Positions 1 through 10,966 of a stretch of DNA of 64,000 nt are shown in pieces. Position 1 is the first letter of the stretch. Each line of letters begins with the position of its first letter. The stretch comes from an uncultured Actinomycetes bacterium (lineage in GTDB: Bacteria > SZUA-79 > Acidulodesulfobacterales > Acidulodesulfobacteraceae). The notes under the pieces are model-generated. The model saw only the letters and a program-made list of their open reading frames with translations. It searched no databases and was not told the DNA's origin. The translations under genes and the position numbers were made by a program. The stretch is taken from assembly GCA_964631685.1 (NCBI GenBank), contig CAZVZU010000006.1:64419-128418 (forward strand). Direction: 5' to 3'.

Positions 1-1047
1 CTTCTCAATAATTCTCCACCATCTATCGGGATAAGGATAATAAGGCGAGCCCTCCGCCATAACGGTAGTCGCTCCATTTATTAATGGTCCATATATGATG
101 TAGGAATGTCCGGTTATCCATCCCGGATCCGCCGCACACCAGTACGTATCGGTATCTCTGATATTAAATACATACTTGGATGTTATATATGTTCCTACCG
201 AATAGCCTCCGTGAACATGAAGAATACCCTTAGGTTTACCGGTTGTTCCGGATGTATATAATATAAAAAGTGGGTCGTCCGAATCCATCTCCTCCGTTTT
301 CGAGTACGGGTTAGCAATAGGAAGCTTCATTAACTCGTCATAATAAAAATCTCTCGACGTATCCATGTAAACTTCATGGCCTATTCGTTTAACTACAATA
401 ACAGTCTGGACAACCGGGGATTTCATAACTGCATCATCGGCTATTTTTTTTAGCTCCACAACCTTGCCGCCCCTATACGCTCCATCGGCGGTTATCAGTA
501 GTTTACTCTGCGCATCTACGATTCTGTCTCTTAGCGCCATAGAGGAAAATCCGGCATAAACAACACTGTGAATAGCACCGATCTTTGCACAGGCGAGCAT
601 GCTTATAACAATTTCAGGAATATTAGGAAGATAGATAGTGACTGTATCACCCTTTTTTACACCGAAACTTTTAAGGACATTACTAAACTTATTAACCTCT
701 TTGTAAAGAGAAAAATAGGTATAAAGTCTCTCGCTACCGTCCTCCCCTTCCCATATGATTGCTAACTTGTTCTTTCTAAACGTCTTTATATGCCTATCTA
801 ATGCATTATGAACAATGTTAGTCTTGCCCCCAACGAACCATTTATAAAACGGATGTTCCGATTCCAAGACCTTATCGTAGTGCCTGAACCATTCTAATTG
901 TTTTGCGATCTCATCCCAAAATTTATCATTTTCCCTGACGGAATAATCATAAAGCGTATCATAATCCTTAATATAGCTGTCTTTTAATGTCCTTTCCGAA
1001 GGAGTATATATCTCTTTCTCATGAGCTAAGCTGCTAAAAGTCTCCAT
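1..1047 (-). CDS. acs: Acetyl-CoA synthetase (AMP-forming), 5' part; runs off the window start
   Basis: Missing from the ORF track. Manual translation from ATG at 1047 (SD GGAGG): METFSSLAHEKE...WFVGGKTNIVHNALDRH...ACAKIGAIHSVVYAGFS...PLFIIYTSGTTGKPKG...YWCAADPGWITGHSY. Confidence 0.95.
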   Translation of the reverse strand, partial: METFSSLAHEKEIYTPSERTLKDSYIKDYDTLYDYSVRENDKFWDEIAKQLEWFRHYDKVLESEHPFYKWFVGGKTNIVHNALDRHIKTFRKNKLAIIWEGEDGSERLYTYFSLYKEVNKFSNVLKSFGVKKGDTVTIYLPNIPEIVISMLACAKIGAIHSVVYAGFSSMALRDRIVDAQSKLLITADGAYRGGKVVELKKIADDAVMKSPVVQTVIVVKRIGHEVYMDTSRDFYYDELMKLPIANPYSKTEEMDSDDPLFILYTSGTTGKPKGILHVHGGYSVGTYITSKYVFNIRDTDTYWCAADPGWITGHSYIIYGPLINGATTVMAEGSPYYPYPDRWWRIIEK

Positions 1048-1135
1048 AAAAACTAACCTCCGCTAATTGTGCCACTGTCTGCAAATCACACCTTTACTGC
1101 TAATTAACACCCACTTTTTTGTTGTAATAATTTTA

Positions 1136-2923
1136 TTAATATTTAAACCTTTTCACTATACCTATGAGTTTCTCCAATTCACCATAAACAGAGCCCGCCT
1201 CCTTGGCAGCTCTTGACGACTGTTCCGAATTAGACACCGCCAGATTAGACACCATTTCTATATTTTGAGAAATTTCATTCGTAGCGGCAGTCTGTTCCTC
1301 AGATGCTGCGGCTATAGAGTTAACTCTATCTGATAAACTTATTATGCTTTTTTCTATACTATTTAAGGATTCGCCCGCTTTAGACGCATATTCCACTGAT
1401 AAATCTACCTCCTTCATTGTCGAATCCATTGACGACTTCGTATCTCGCGTACCTTGCTGTATAGCTTGAACCTTCGATTCTATTTCTTTTGTCGCCTTAA
1501 CGGTTCTTTCTGCTAACTTTCTTACCTCGTCTGCCACAACAGCAAATCCCCTACCCGATTCTCCTGCACGAGCCGCTTCTATGGCCGCATTAAGAGCAAG
1601 CAGATTTGTCTGGTCGGCTATATCGTTAATAACGGATATTATTTCTCCTATCTCGTAAGAACCCTTTTCAAGTCCGTGTATCATGTTTTCTAATTCTCCG
1701 GTCAGAACGGCTACATTTTTTATACCGACTATAGCCCTTTCGACTACATTAAAACCGTTCTTTGCGCTGTCTGACGCATCTTTGGCAACACCGCTTAAAT
1801 TTTGGGTATTCTTTGATATTTCCCTAATCGTCTGACTCATCTCTTCAGAGGCTGCAGCAGCATGTGTCGAGAGGGTAGCCTGCTCTTTAGCCTTGCCACT
1901 TATCTCATCAACATGCGTCTCTATAGATGTGCTCACGTCCACCACGGCCATAGCTTCTTCGGTTATTGACTGTACTATCATCCTTATATCTATAATGAAC
2001 CTATTAAACTCATTTACAACGACAGAAATTTCATCATAAACTGAATTTTTATAAACCTTGCATTTAATGCAAATGCTCTCGCCCTTGACCCCAAAATGGT
2101 CTATTTGTTTATCCCAACATCTTGTTTCCAGCTCATCCACACTCAACATGCAGGCATTGTGCCTTTTAGCGATAATGGAAGGTTTATCATAGCAATCCAT
2201 AGGGATAAGTTTGCTTAAATCTCCTTCACCTTGAGATATATCGCGCACTCTTTCATAAAAGTTGTGCACAGGCTTGATAAAGATAGACCTTAGTAAAAAG
2301 TATATAATCAATATTGAAAAGACGATAAGTAAGATCGCAAAAAATAAAATATTCCTCATGAAAATATTTGAGGATATTACGGTATTTTTTAAGGAATATA
2401 CAAGATTAACACCACCGAGTATCGTTCCGCTTTTCACGGTATGACACGTGAGACAGTTCACTCCCCTAGACATTCTTTTTGCGATAAATGGAACGCCAAC
2501 ATCTACGTATTCAGATCCGTTTTTATTGAATATCCTTTTAACGACATGCTTTGAATTCAATATATCCCTATCAAATTGAGAGTTAGGAGTCTCCTCTTTA
2601 AGTCCGGGACCAAATTCTTTATTGACCGCTTCTCCCCTTACAATTTTAAAACCTTTGATACCTTGAATCTTTTTAAATATACCAAAAAGTTGCTTTCTGT
2701 CGGATTTTTTCATTATGGTTCCGTTAAGCATCATGGCATTTAAGGACGAAAGCATAGTCGTTGCTGTAATGGAGGCATCGTATGTTGTCGTTTTAATAGA
2801 CGTATTATACTGATTTGAAACGGCATAATAAGTCAAGAATAAAATTATCAAAAGAAGAATCAAAAGAATAAGCGAAAGCAGCTTCGTCTTGATAGACGTC
2901 TTTTTAATTATCGATAAATTCAT
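1136..2923 (-). CDS. Methyl-accepting chemotaxis protein with periplasmic CxxCH heme-c sensor and a Cys-rich insertion in the HAMP region
   Basis: Two TM helices, CLTCH motif, MCP hairpin tip [40 protein letters not shown]. Likely start is ATG 2923 after GGAGG. Confidence 0.93.
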   Translation of the reverse strand: MNLSIIKKTSIKTKLLSLILLILLLIILFLTYYAVSNQYNTSIKTTTYDASITATTMLSSLNAMMLNGTIMKKSDRKQLFGIFKKIQGIKGFKIVRGEAVNKEFGPGLKEETPNSQFDRDILNSKHVVKRIFNKNGSEYVDVGVPFIAKRMSRGVNCLTCHTVKSGTILGGVNLVYSLKNTVISSNIFMRNILFFAILLIVFSILIIYFLLRSIFIKPVHNFYERVRDISQGEGDLSKLIPMDCYDKPSIIAKRHNACMLSVDELETRCWDKQIDHFGVKGESICIKCKVYKNSVYDEISVVVNEFNRFIIDIRMIVQSITEEAMAVVDVSTSIETHVDEISGKAKEQATLSTHAAAASEEMSQTIREISKNTQNLSGVAKDASDSAKNGFNVVERAIVGIKNVAVLTGELENMIHGLEKGSYEIGEIISVINDIADQTNLLALNAAIEAARAGESGRGFAVVADEVRKLAERTVKATKEIESKVQAIQQGTRDTKSSMDSTMKEVDLSVEYASKAGESLNSIEKSIISLSDRVNSIAAASEEQTAATNEISQNIEMVSNLAVSNSEQSSRAAKEAGSVYGELEKLIGIVKRFKY

Positions 2924-3115
2924 ATAAAATGCACCCTCCATCCCATTAAATTAAATTAAAATTCTTAACACAACCTCTATTTGCGCACTTCATAAAGAAA
3001 CGCTACTTAAAGGATTTAGATAAACAGAAACATTAAATGATCTTAAAAATCTAATTTATTCAAGCTAATCCGTTAAATAGTATCACAATTACTCCAAATA
3101 AGGTTAGAAAATATT

Positions 3116-4489
3116 TTACGACTCTTGTTTTATAGCTGAAAGCTTTCTGTAGATATTCCTTTCACTTACCCCGATTACACCTGCAATTTCGGACGGTTTC
3201 AGTCCCTTGGAAGAAAGGTGTTTTATGTATGACTCTTCTATTTCCCTTAAGGTTAGGCCCTTATCTAAAAGCGCTGTCCCATTAGTCGCTCCATTACCCT
3301 CATCACATAATGATACGACTCGTTTTGTTTCTACCCCTATCTGCACAGCATCTCCAAATATTTCATTCTTACCATCAGATAAGACAATTGCCCTTTCAAT
3401 AACATTCTTTAATTCTCTAACATTGCCCGGCCATTCGTAAGATGAAAGTTTTTCTAATGCAGACGCTGAAAGCGGTTTTGAAAACGGAACCTTATTTTCT
3501 TTTGTCATAAAAAAATGCGCGAGATGCTGTATATCCTCTTTTCGTTCCCGTAGTGGGGGAAGCTCTATCGTAAAACCGTTTATCCTATAAAATAAATCTC
3601 CCCTAAATCGACCCTCGTCGACCAGCTTGTTTAGATTCTTGTTCGTTGCAGTTATTATTCTTGCGTCTATAAAAAGGTTCTTGGCGGAACCCACTCTTCT
3701 AAAACTCTTAGTGTCGATAATCCTTAAAAGTTTCGCCTGTATGATGCTGCTGACTTCGCCGATTTCATCAATAAACAGGGTCCCCTTATCTGCATATTCC
3801 AAGAGTCCTTTTTTAAGCACATCCGCACCGGTAAAAGAACCCCTTTCATGGCCAAATAACTCTGATTCAAATAAATTTTCGGATAGGTTACATGAATCAA
3901 CCACTATGAAGGGCTTATCTCTTCTGACAGATAATTTATGTAGAATATTAGCACATAATTCTTTGCCCGTACCGGATTCACCGGTTATCAAAATATTGAG
4001 GTCAGATTTGGCGGCAACAGAAACATCATCCATCACCTTTAATGCCGCTTTTGATTTTCCTATAAAAAGTCTTTTAAAAACCTCCCTCTTAAAGTACGCC
4101 GCATAATTTTTTAAATCAATATTTTCTATTATCTTTTTTATTGTTATACTAAGTTCTTCCAAGCTTAACGGCTTAACAAGATAATCGCAAGCACCGATTT
4201 TGAGGGCGCGTACCGCGGTATCAATACTACCGTACGCGGTTAAAATAATTACCTCAACATCATTTGCCTTTGATTTCACAACACTCAGCAGATCTATGCC
4301 GGATTTCCCCGGTAACATCAAATCGGATATAATAATATTGAAATAGTCCTTTTTTAAAACAGCTATCGCATCCTCTGCGGAAAACACCGATTTAACGTTA
4401 TATCCTTTATTGCTCAGGTAATCGGTCAATATTCTTCTGTAATTCGCGTCGTCGTCAACAACCAATATCGAAATAGAATTGTCATTCAT
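3116..4489 (-). CDS. Sigma54-dependent NtrC-family response regulator (REC-AAA+-HTH)
   Basis: ILVVDDD and SDLMLP receiver motifs, GESGTGKE, ESELFGHERGSFTGA, WPGNVREL, C-terminal HTH. Likely ATG start 4489. Confidence 0.93.
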   Translation of the reverse strand: MNDNSISILVVDDDANYRRILTDYLSNKGYNVKSVFSAEDAIAVLKKDYFNIIISDLMLPGKSGIDLLSVVKSKANDVEVIILTAYGSIDTAVRALKIGACDYLVKPLSLEELSITIKKIIENIDLKNYAAYFKREVFKRLFIGKSKAALKVMDDVSVAAKSDLNILITGESGTGKELCANILHKLSVRRDKPFIVVDSCNLSENLFESELFGHERGSFTGADVLKKGLLEYADKGTLFIDEIGEVSSIIQAKLLRIIDTKSFRRVGSAKNLFIDARIITATNKNLNKLVDEGRFRGDLFYRINGFTIELPPLRERKEDIQHLAHFFMTKENKVPFSKPLSASALEKLSSYEWPGNVRELKNVIERAIVLSDGKNEIFGDAVQIGVETKRVVSLCDEGNGATNGTALLDKGLTLREIEESYIKHLSSKGLKPSEIAGVIGVSERNIYRKLSAIKQES

Positions 4490-4546
4490 TTTAATAGATT
4501 TCTGCCTCCCATGAGACAATGTCTTGTTATTCAAACTGCCTTTTTA

Positions 4547-5689
4547 TTATTCATCATCACCCGTAAAGTTGTTTTTAATTGGTATTTTAATAACAAATTT
4601 TGTCCCAAATCCCTCTTTAGACCTAACTTCAATCGACCCCCCGAGCGATTTCATTATGCTTAAGGAGATAGGAAGTCCAAGCCCCGTGTTAGAAGACTCT
4701 TTATTTTTAGAGAAAAAAGGATTAAAAATTTTTTTAATGTCGGCAGGAGATATGCCCTGACCATTATCTATTATCAACATATGGATATAATCTCCTGCCA
4801 CCTTGGTTATAAAATAAACGATTCCTGAATCGTTCTGGACAACCTGTATGGCATTAAGTCCAATATTTAACACAACCTGTCTTAATCCTGATTCCGAAAA
4901 ACTAATCAGAGGAATATTGTCAGCAAAGTTCCTTTTTATCATAATATTTTTTTTACTTGCTACAAAAGAGAGTAATGAAAGGCTTTCGTCGACCGAGTTA
5001 TTAACATTGACTATGTCGTTCGAAATTGATACTGGTCTGGATAATAAGAGAAGCTTTTTTGTGATATCCTTACATCTTTCTATTTCTTGTTTCATTAACC
5101 CAAAATATTTTTTAACATCACAGCTGCTATCCTTTAAGCCGGTGAAAAAATTATCTTGAATCATCTTGTTGTCTCCGATACACAATTTTATCATATCAAC
5201 GGAAGCTAATATGTTATTGAGTGGATTATTTATTTCATGCGCTACACCCTCCGCTAAAAAACCGATTTCAGAGAGCCTCTGCGCCAGATTAAACTTATGC
5301 TGCGCATCAGAACCATTTCCTAGACATCTTAAGACCTCAACAGCGTACCTTCTGCCGGTTGAGCTATCATAAAATGGACACGAATTTATTTCAACGGCAA
5401 TTTCCCCATTGTCCTGTCCGTAATGCCCGTGTATAACCTTAACAGTCTTTCCTTTCTTGATAACCTCTTCTACCGAACAAGATTCTAACAATGGATCGCA
5501 CGGCTCATCCCTAAAATGGCTAATCTTATAACAATAGTGCCCTATAACATCTTGGTAGGGCAAACCGCGATCGTTAAGAAAACATCTATTGGCATAAACT
5601 ATTTTGTAATTTTCATCAATTACAATAACCCCGTCGTTCATGCCATCCAGTACATCGTTCGGGTTAAAGGCTAAAATTGGCTCTTTCAT
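4547..5689 (-). CDS. Cytoplasmic PAS-domain sensor histidine kinase
   Basis: N-terminal PAS with Cys/His cluster, H-box AHEINNPL, N-box LNAIQ, DNGQG, FNPFF, GLGL; no TM segment. Confidence 0.9.
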   Translation of the reverse strand: MKEPILAFNPNDVLDGMNDGVIVIDENYKIVYANRCFLNDRGLPYQDVIGHYCYKISHFRDEPCDPLLESCSVEEVIKKGKTVKVIHGHYGQDNGEIAVEINSCPFYDSSTGRRYAVEVLRCLGNGSDAQHKFNLAQRLSEIGFLAEGVAHEINNPLNNILASVDMIKLCIGDNKMIQDNFFTGLKDSSCDVKKYFGLMKQEIERCKDITKKLLLLSRPVSISNDIVNVNNSVDESLSLLSFVASKKNIMIKRNFADNIPLISFSESGLRQVVLNIGLNAIQVVQNDSGIVYFITKVAGDYIHMLIIDNGQGISPADIKKIFNPFFSKNKESSNTGLGLPISLSIMKSLGGSIEVRSKEGFGTKFVIKIPIKNNFTGDDE

Positions 5690-5802
5690 AAATAAAAATT
5701 AATAATATTAATACAACAGCATAAATATAGGCACAAAACCTTATTGATGCAAATAAATATTTTTTTGCTTTATTATAACACAAAAATTATTAGTTATATC
5801 TA

Positions 5803-5831
5803 TTGACAATATTTTTAAAATTTATTATTAT
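5803..5831 (+). promoter_or_regulatory. Sigma70-type promoter of the rplU operon
   Basis: TTGACA (5803-5808), 17 nt spacer, TATTAT (5826-5831). Confidence 0.7.
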
Positions 5832-5853
5832 ATTGCATTCATATTTGTATGAG

Positions 5854-5946
5854 ATATCCCGCATCGAAAGAACGCTTCCGCAAGGACGATCTTCACGGGG
5901 TTGCTTAGCCAAGGGTCTTTTTCGCATAAGAGGCAACGCGGCGTAT
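5854..5946 (+). ncRNA. Candidate structured 5' leader RNA upstream of rplU
   Basis: GC-rich island in an AT-rich intergenic region with stems TCC-GCAA-GGA, CCCG/CGGG, GTTGCTT/AGGCAAC and an alternative CCGC/GCGG. Confidence 0.45.
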
Positions 5947-5978
5947 TTTAAATTATTTTAAGCAAAGAGGGTTACGTA

Positions 5979-6290
5979 ATGAGCGAGTATGCTGTTATAA
6001 ATTCCGGTTCTAAGCAGTACAAGGTGTCACAAGGGGATACCATAAGGGTCGAAAACATATTTAAAGAAAAAGGTGACGAGGTACTTTTCAAACCGAGTAT
6101 GTTGAAAAACGGCGATAATATTATTGTCGACGAACAATCGTTAGGTGATGCCAGCGTTAAGGGGGTTGTCGTCAGAAACGGAAGGGCAAAAAAAATAATC
6201 GTCTTTAAGATGAAACGTCGTAAAGATGAGAGAAAAAAAAGGGGGCATAGGCAAGGTTTCACTGAGGTTAGAATAACCGATATCCCTTAA
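5979..6290 (+). CDS. rplU: 50S ribosomal protein L21
   Basis: YAVINSGSKQYKV...KIIVFKMKRRK...GHRQ. Confidence 0.97.
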   Translation: MSEYAVINSGSKQYKVSQGDTIRVENIFKEKGDEVLFKPSMLKNGDNIIVDEQSLGDASVKGVVVRNGRAKKIIVFKMKRRKDERKKRGHRQGFTEVRITDIP

Positions 6291-6345
6291 GTCAAAATAA
6301 AATAAAATAAAAATAATATTTAACCAATAAAGTATAGGTGCAATT

Positions 6346-6612
6346 ATGGCTCATAAAAAGGCTGGCGGCAGTTCTAGAAACGGACGCGATAGCCGAGGTC
6401 AAAGAAGGGGTGTAAAAAAATTCGGTGGGGAATTGGTAAAACCAGGAGAGATCATTGTTCGTCAGGTTGGTTCATCCTTCCACCCGGGAAGAAATGTAAA
6501 AGAGGGAAAGGATTACACTCTCTATTCCATAATAGATGGTTTTGTTAAATTTCACGCTGGTAGAAACAATAGGAAATTTATTAGCATTGTCCCTATCCCG
6601 TCAGAGAAATAA
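6346..6612 (+). CDS. rpmA: 50S ribosomal protein L27
   Basis: [16 protein letters not shown]. Confidence 0.98.
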   Translation: MAHKKAGGSSRNGRDSRGQRRGVKKFGGELVKPGEIIVRQVGSSFHPGRNVKEGKDYTLYSIIDGFVKFHAGRNNRKFISIVPIPSEK

Positions 6613-6643
6613 TGACTCGGAATCAGCGTCTCTAACCCATTGA

Positions 6644-8601
<1,958 letters not shown>

Positions 8602-8604
8602 GGT

Positions 8605-9885
8605 ATGCATATTATGAAACAGGAAGCAGAACTAATCGAAGAAATCGCAAGAGTTACTTGCAGCGCAAGTAACTCTATAGCAACTGCTAGTCCCAAAACA
8701 AAACTAAATGTTCTAGGTACGATTAAAAAACTTTTAATTAAAAAAAAAGATGCTATATTTCGTGAAAACATCAAAGATGTTGAAGGGGCAAGGCTACACA
8801 AGCTTAGTGCCGCCGCGATAGACAGATTGACTATCACTGAAAAAACATTTGATTCAATGATAAAGTCGATTGAAGATGTAGAAAAAATCAAGGATCCTGT
8901 TGGGGAAATAGAAAATATGGCAATTAGGCCTAATGGTCTCAGGGTTGGAAAAATGAGAATACCGTTAGGAGTGATAGGTATCATCTATGAATCGAGACCC
9001 AATGTTACCATAGATGCGTCCATTCTATGCCTGCTGTCTGGAAACGCTGTGATTTTACGGGGCGGATCGGAAGCATTTAATTCTAACATGATCCTTGCGT
9101 CCATTGTTTCGGAGAGTTTAAGTCTTAACGGGCTTCCATCTCAAATAGTTTCAATAGTTCCGTACACCGACAGATCGGCCATTAAATATTTGATTGCACA
9201 AAAAAAATATATAGACCTAATAATCCCAAGGGGCGGAGAGGGGCTCATAACTTATGTCACGGAAAATTCTAAAATCCCTGTAATAAAACATGATGCAGGA
9301 CTTTGTCATATATATGTGGATAAACATGCCGATATAAAAAAATCTATCGATGTGGTGATTAACGCAAAGGTCCAAAGACCATCGGTTTGCAACTCACTAG
9401 AAACGCTCTTGGTTCACGCTTCCATGCAAGACAAATTTATACCTAAAATAATAGACGAACTCAATAAAAACGGGGTAGAAGTTAGGGTTGACGATAAAAT
9501 TTTAAACAGCTACGGAAATAAATTTAATTTTATTATAAAAGCAACGGATAGCGACTGGGATACCGAATATTTAGATTTGATATTATCTATAAAATTGGTT
9601 CCCGACATGGACTCTGCCATAGAGCATATTAAAAGGCACGGCTCTGATCATACCGAGACAATACTAACTGAAAATTACAATAGTGCCATGGAATTTATAA
9701 AAAAGGTAAACTCTTCCTGTGTTCTTATCAATGCTTCTACTAGATTCAATGATGGTTCCGAACTAGGCCTCGGTGCAGAAATAGGAATATCTACCTCAAA
9801 AATGCATGCCTTCGGTCCTATGGGGGCAAGGGAACTCACAACAACTAAATTTGTAATCTTTGGCAACTATCAAACAAGGTCATGA
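8605..9885 (+). CDS. proA: Gamma-glutamyl phosphate reductase
   Basis: PLGVIGIIYESRPNVT, VCNSLETLL, NASTRFNDG, GISTSKMHAFGPMG. Confidence 0.97.
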   Translation: MHIMKQEAELIEEIARVTCSASNSIATASPKTKLNVLGTIKKLLIKKKDAIFRENIKDVEGARLHKLSAAAIDRLTITEKTFDSMIKSIEDVEKIKDPVGEIENMAIRPNGLRVGKMRIPLGVIGIIYESRPNVTIDASILCLLSGNAVILRGGSEAFNSNMILASIVSESLSLNGLPSQIVSIVPYTDRSAIKYLIAQKKYIDLIIPRGGEGLITYVTENSKIPVIKHDAGLCHIYVDKHADIKKSIDVVINAKVQRPSVCNSLETLLVHASMQDKFIPKIIDELNKNGVEVRVDDKILNSYGNKFNFIIKATDSDWDTEYLDLILSIKLVPDMDSAIEHIKRHGSDHTETILTENYNSAMEFIKKVNSSCVLINASTRFNDGSELGLGAEIGISTSKMHAFGPMGARELTTTKFVIFGNYQTRS

Positions 9886-10532
9886 ACATCGGTATTTTCG
9901 GCGGGACATTTAATCCAATTCATTACGGCCATTTAAGGGCTGCAGAGGAAATTGTGCAAAGTTTTTTAGAAAAGGTTATATTTGTTCCGACAAATATAAC
10001 CTCGAACAAGGGAACAATACCGCAATCCCCTGATAAAAGACTTGAAATGATAAATATGGCAATTAAAAATCATGTTAAATTTACAGCCTCGGATATCGAG
10101 ATCCAAAGAGGCGGGATTTCTTACTCTTACGATACGATTGTTAATTTCAATGGGTTATATCCTAAAGATGATTTATATTTTATAGTGGGTATGGATACGT
10201 ACTTAGACTTAAAAAATTGGAAAAATAGCGCATCATTCTTTGATATAATAAACTTTATAGTTATTGATCGAGATACCAATAGACTCGACTCAACAAGCTT
10301 GACACAACTTAGTTCATTTTTGCCCGATAAGGTAAGAGCTGAAATAATCATAGACCGTAAAAATAAAAGGTTCATCACAGCCAAAAATAAATATATAAAT
10401 TTCTTTAAAATTACCAGAATGGATATATCATCCTCAATAATTAGGGATAATTTCAAAAAAAATATTTCTAACCTCTATCTATTGCCAAAAGATGTTATTA
10501 ATTATATAATGGATAGCAAGATGTATGTTTAA
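9882..10532 (+). CDS. nadD: Nicotinate-nucleotide adenylyltransferase
   Basis: GIFGGTFNPIHYGH, FIVGMD, ISSSIIR. Confidence 0.95.
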   Translation: MNIGIFGGTFNPIHYGHLRAAEEIVQSFLEKVIFVPTNITSNKGTIPQSPDKRLEMINMAIKNHVKFTASDIEIQRGGISYSYDTIVNFNGLYPKDDLYFIVGMDTYLDLKNWKNSASFFDIINFIVIDRDTNRLDSTSLTQLSSFLPDKVRAEIIIDRKNKRFITAKNKYINFFKITRMDISSSIIRDNFKKNISNLYLLPKDVINYIMDSKMYV

Positions 10533-10561
10533 AATTTATAACCAATAAGAGGTGGCTTAAA

Positions 10562-10930
10562 ATAGTAGACGTAAAAACCGAGAGGAAAAAACTAAAAAGG
10601 ACAAACAAAACCATTAGATCTATCATAGCTTTTCTTTTAGACAAAAAAGCCAGCGATATTGTTATACTCGATATTAGAAATATATCGGGAATTTCTGATT
10701 TTATCGTTATAGCGAGTGGTTCATCTGATCGGCAAATATCCATAGTAGCTAATAATTTAGTAGATTCTATAAAAAGACAGCCAATAGGCGTGGAGGGTCT
10801 TTCGGGCTCTAGGTGGGCTGTTATAGATTATGGGGATGTTATAATACATGTTATGCACAATGAACTGAGGCTATACTATAACCTTGAGGGATTGTGGCCG
10901 GATGCTAAAGAGTTAATAGTGGAAGATTAA
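10562..10930 (+). CDS. rsfS: Ribosome silencing factor RsfS (Iojap), probably with a non-canonical ATA start
   Basis: Missing from the ORF track. Translation ...LLDKKASDIVILDIR...DFIVIASGSSDRQ...VEG...WAVIDYGDVIIHVM...RLYYNLEGLW; follows nadD as usual; SD-like AAGAGGTG upstream of ATA. Confidence 0.9.
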   Translation: MVDVKTERKKLKRTNKTIRSIIAFLLDKKASDIVILDIRNISGISDFIVIASGSSDRQISIVANNLVDSIKRQPIGVEGLSGSRWAVIDYGDVIIHVMHNELRLYYNLEGLWPDAKELIVED

Positions 10931-10966
10931 GTATATACAATAAAATTACTATAATTTCATTAAGTT

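Noticed and set aside
1055..1075. TGGCAC on the minus strand upstream of acs as a sigma54 promoter
   Set aside because: No TTGC at the -12 position (reads TGGCAC-AATTA-GCGG) and it runs into the SD.
6294..6317. AAAAT short tandem repeat between rplU and rpmA
   Set aside because: Low-complexity AT-rich spacer with no sign of function.
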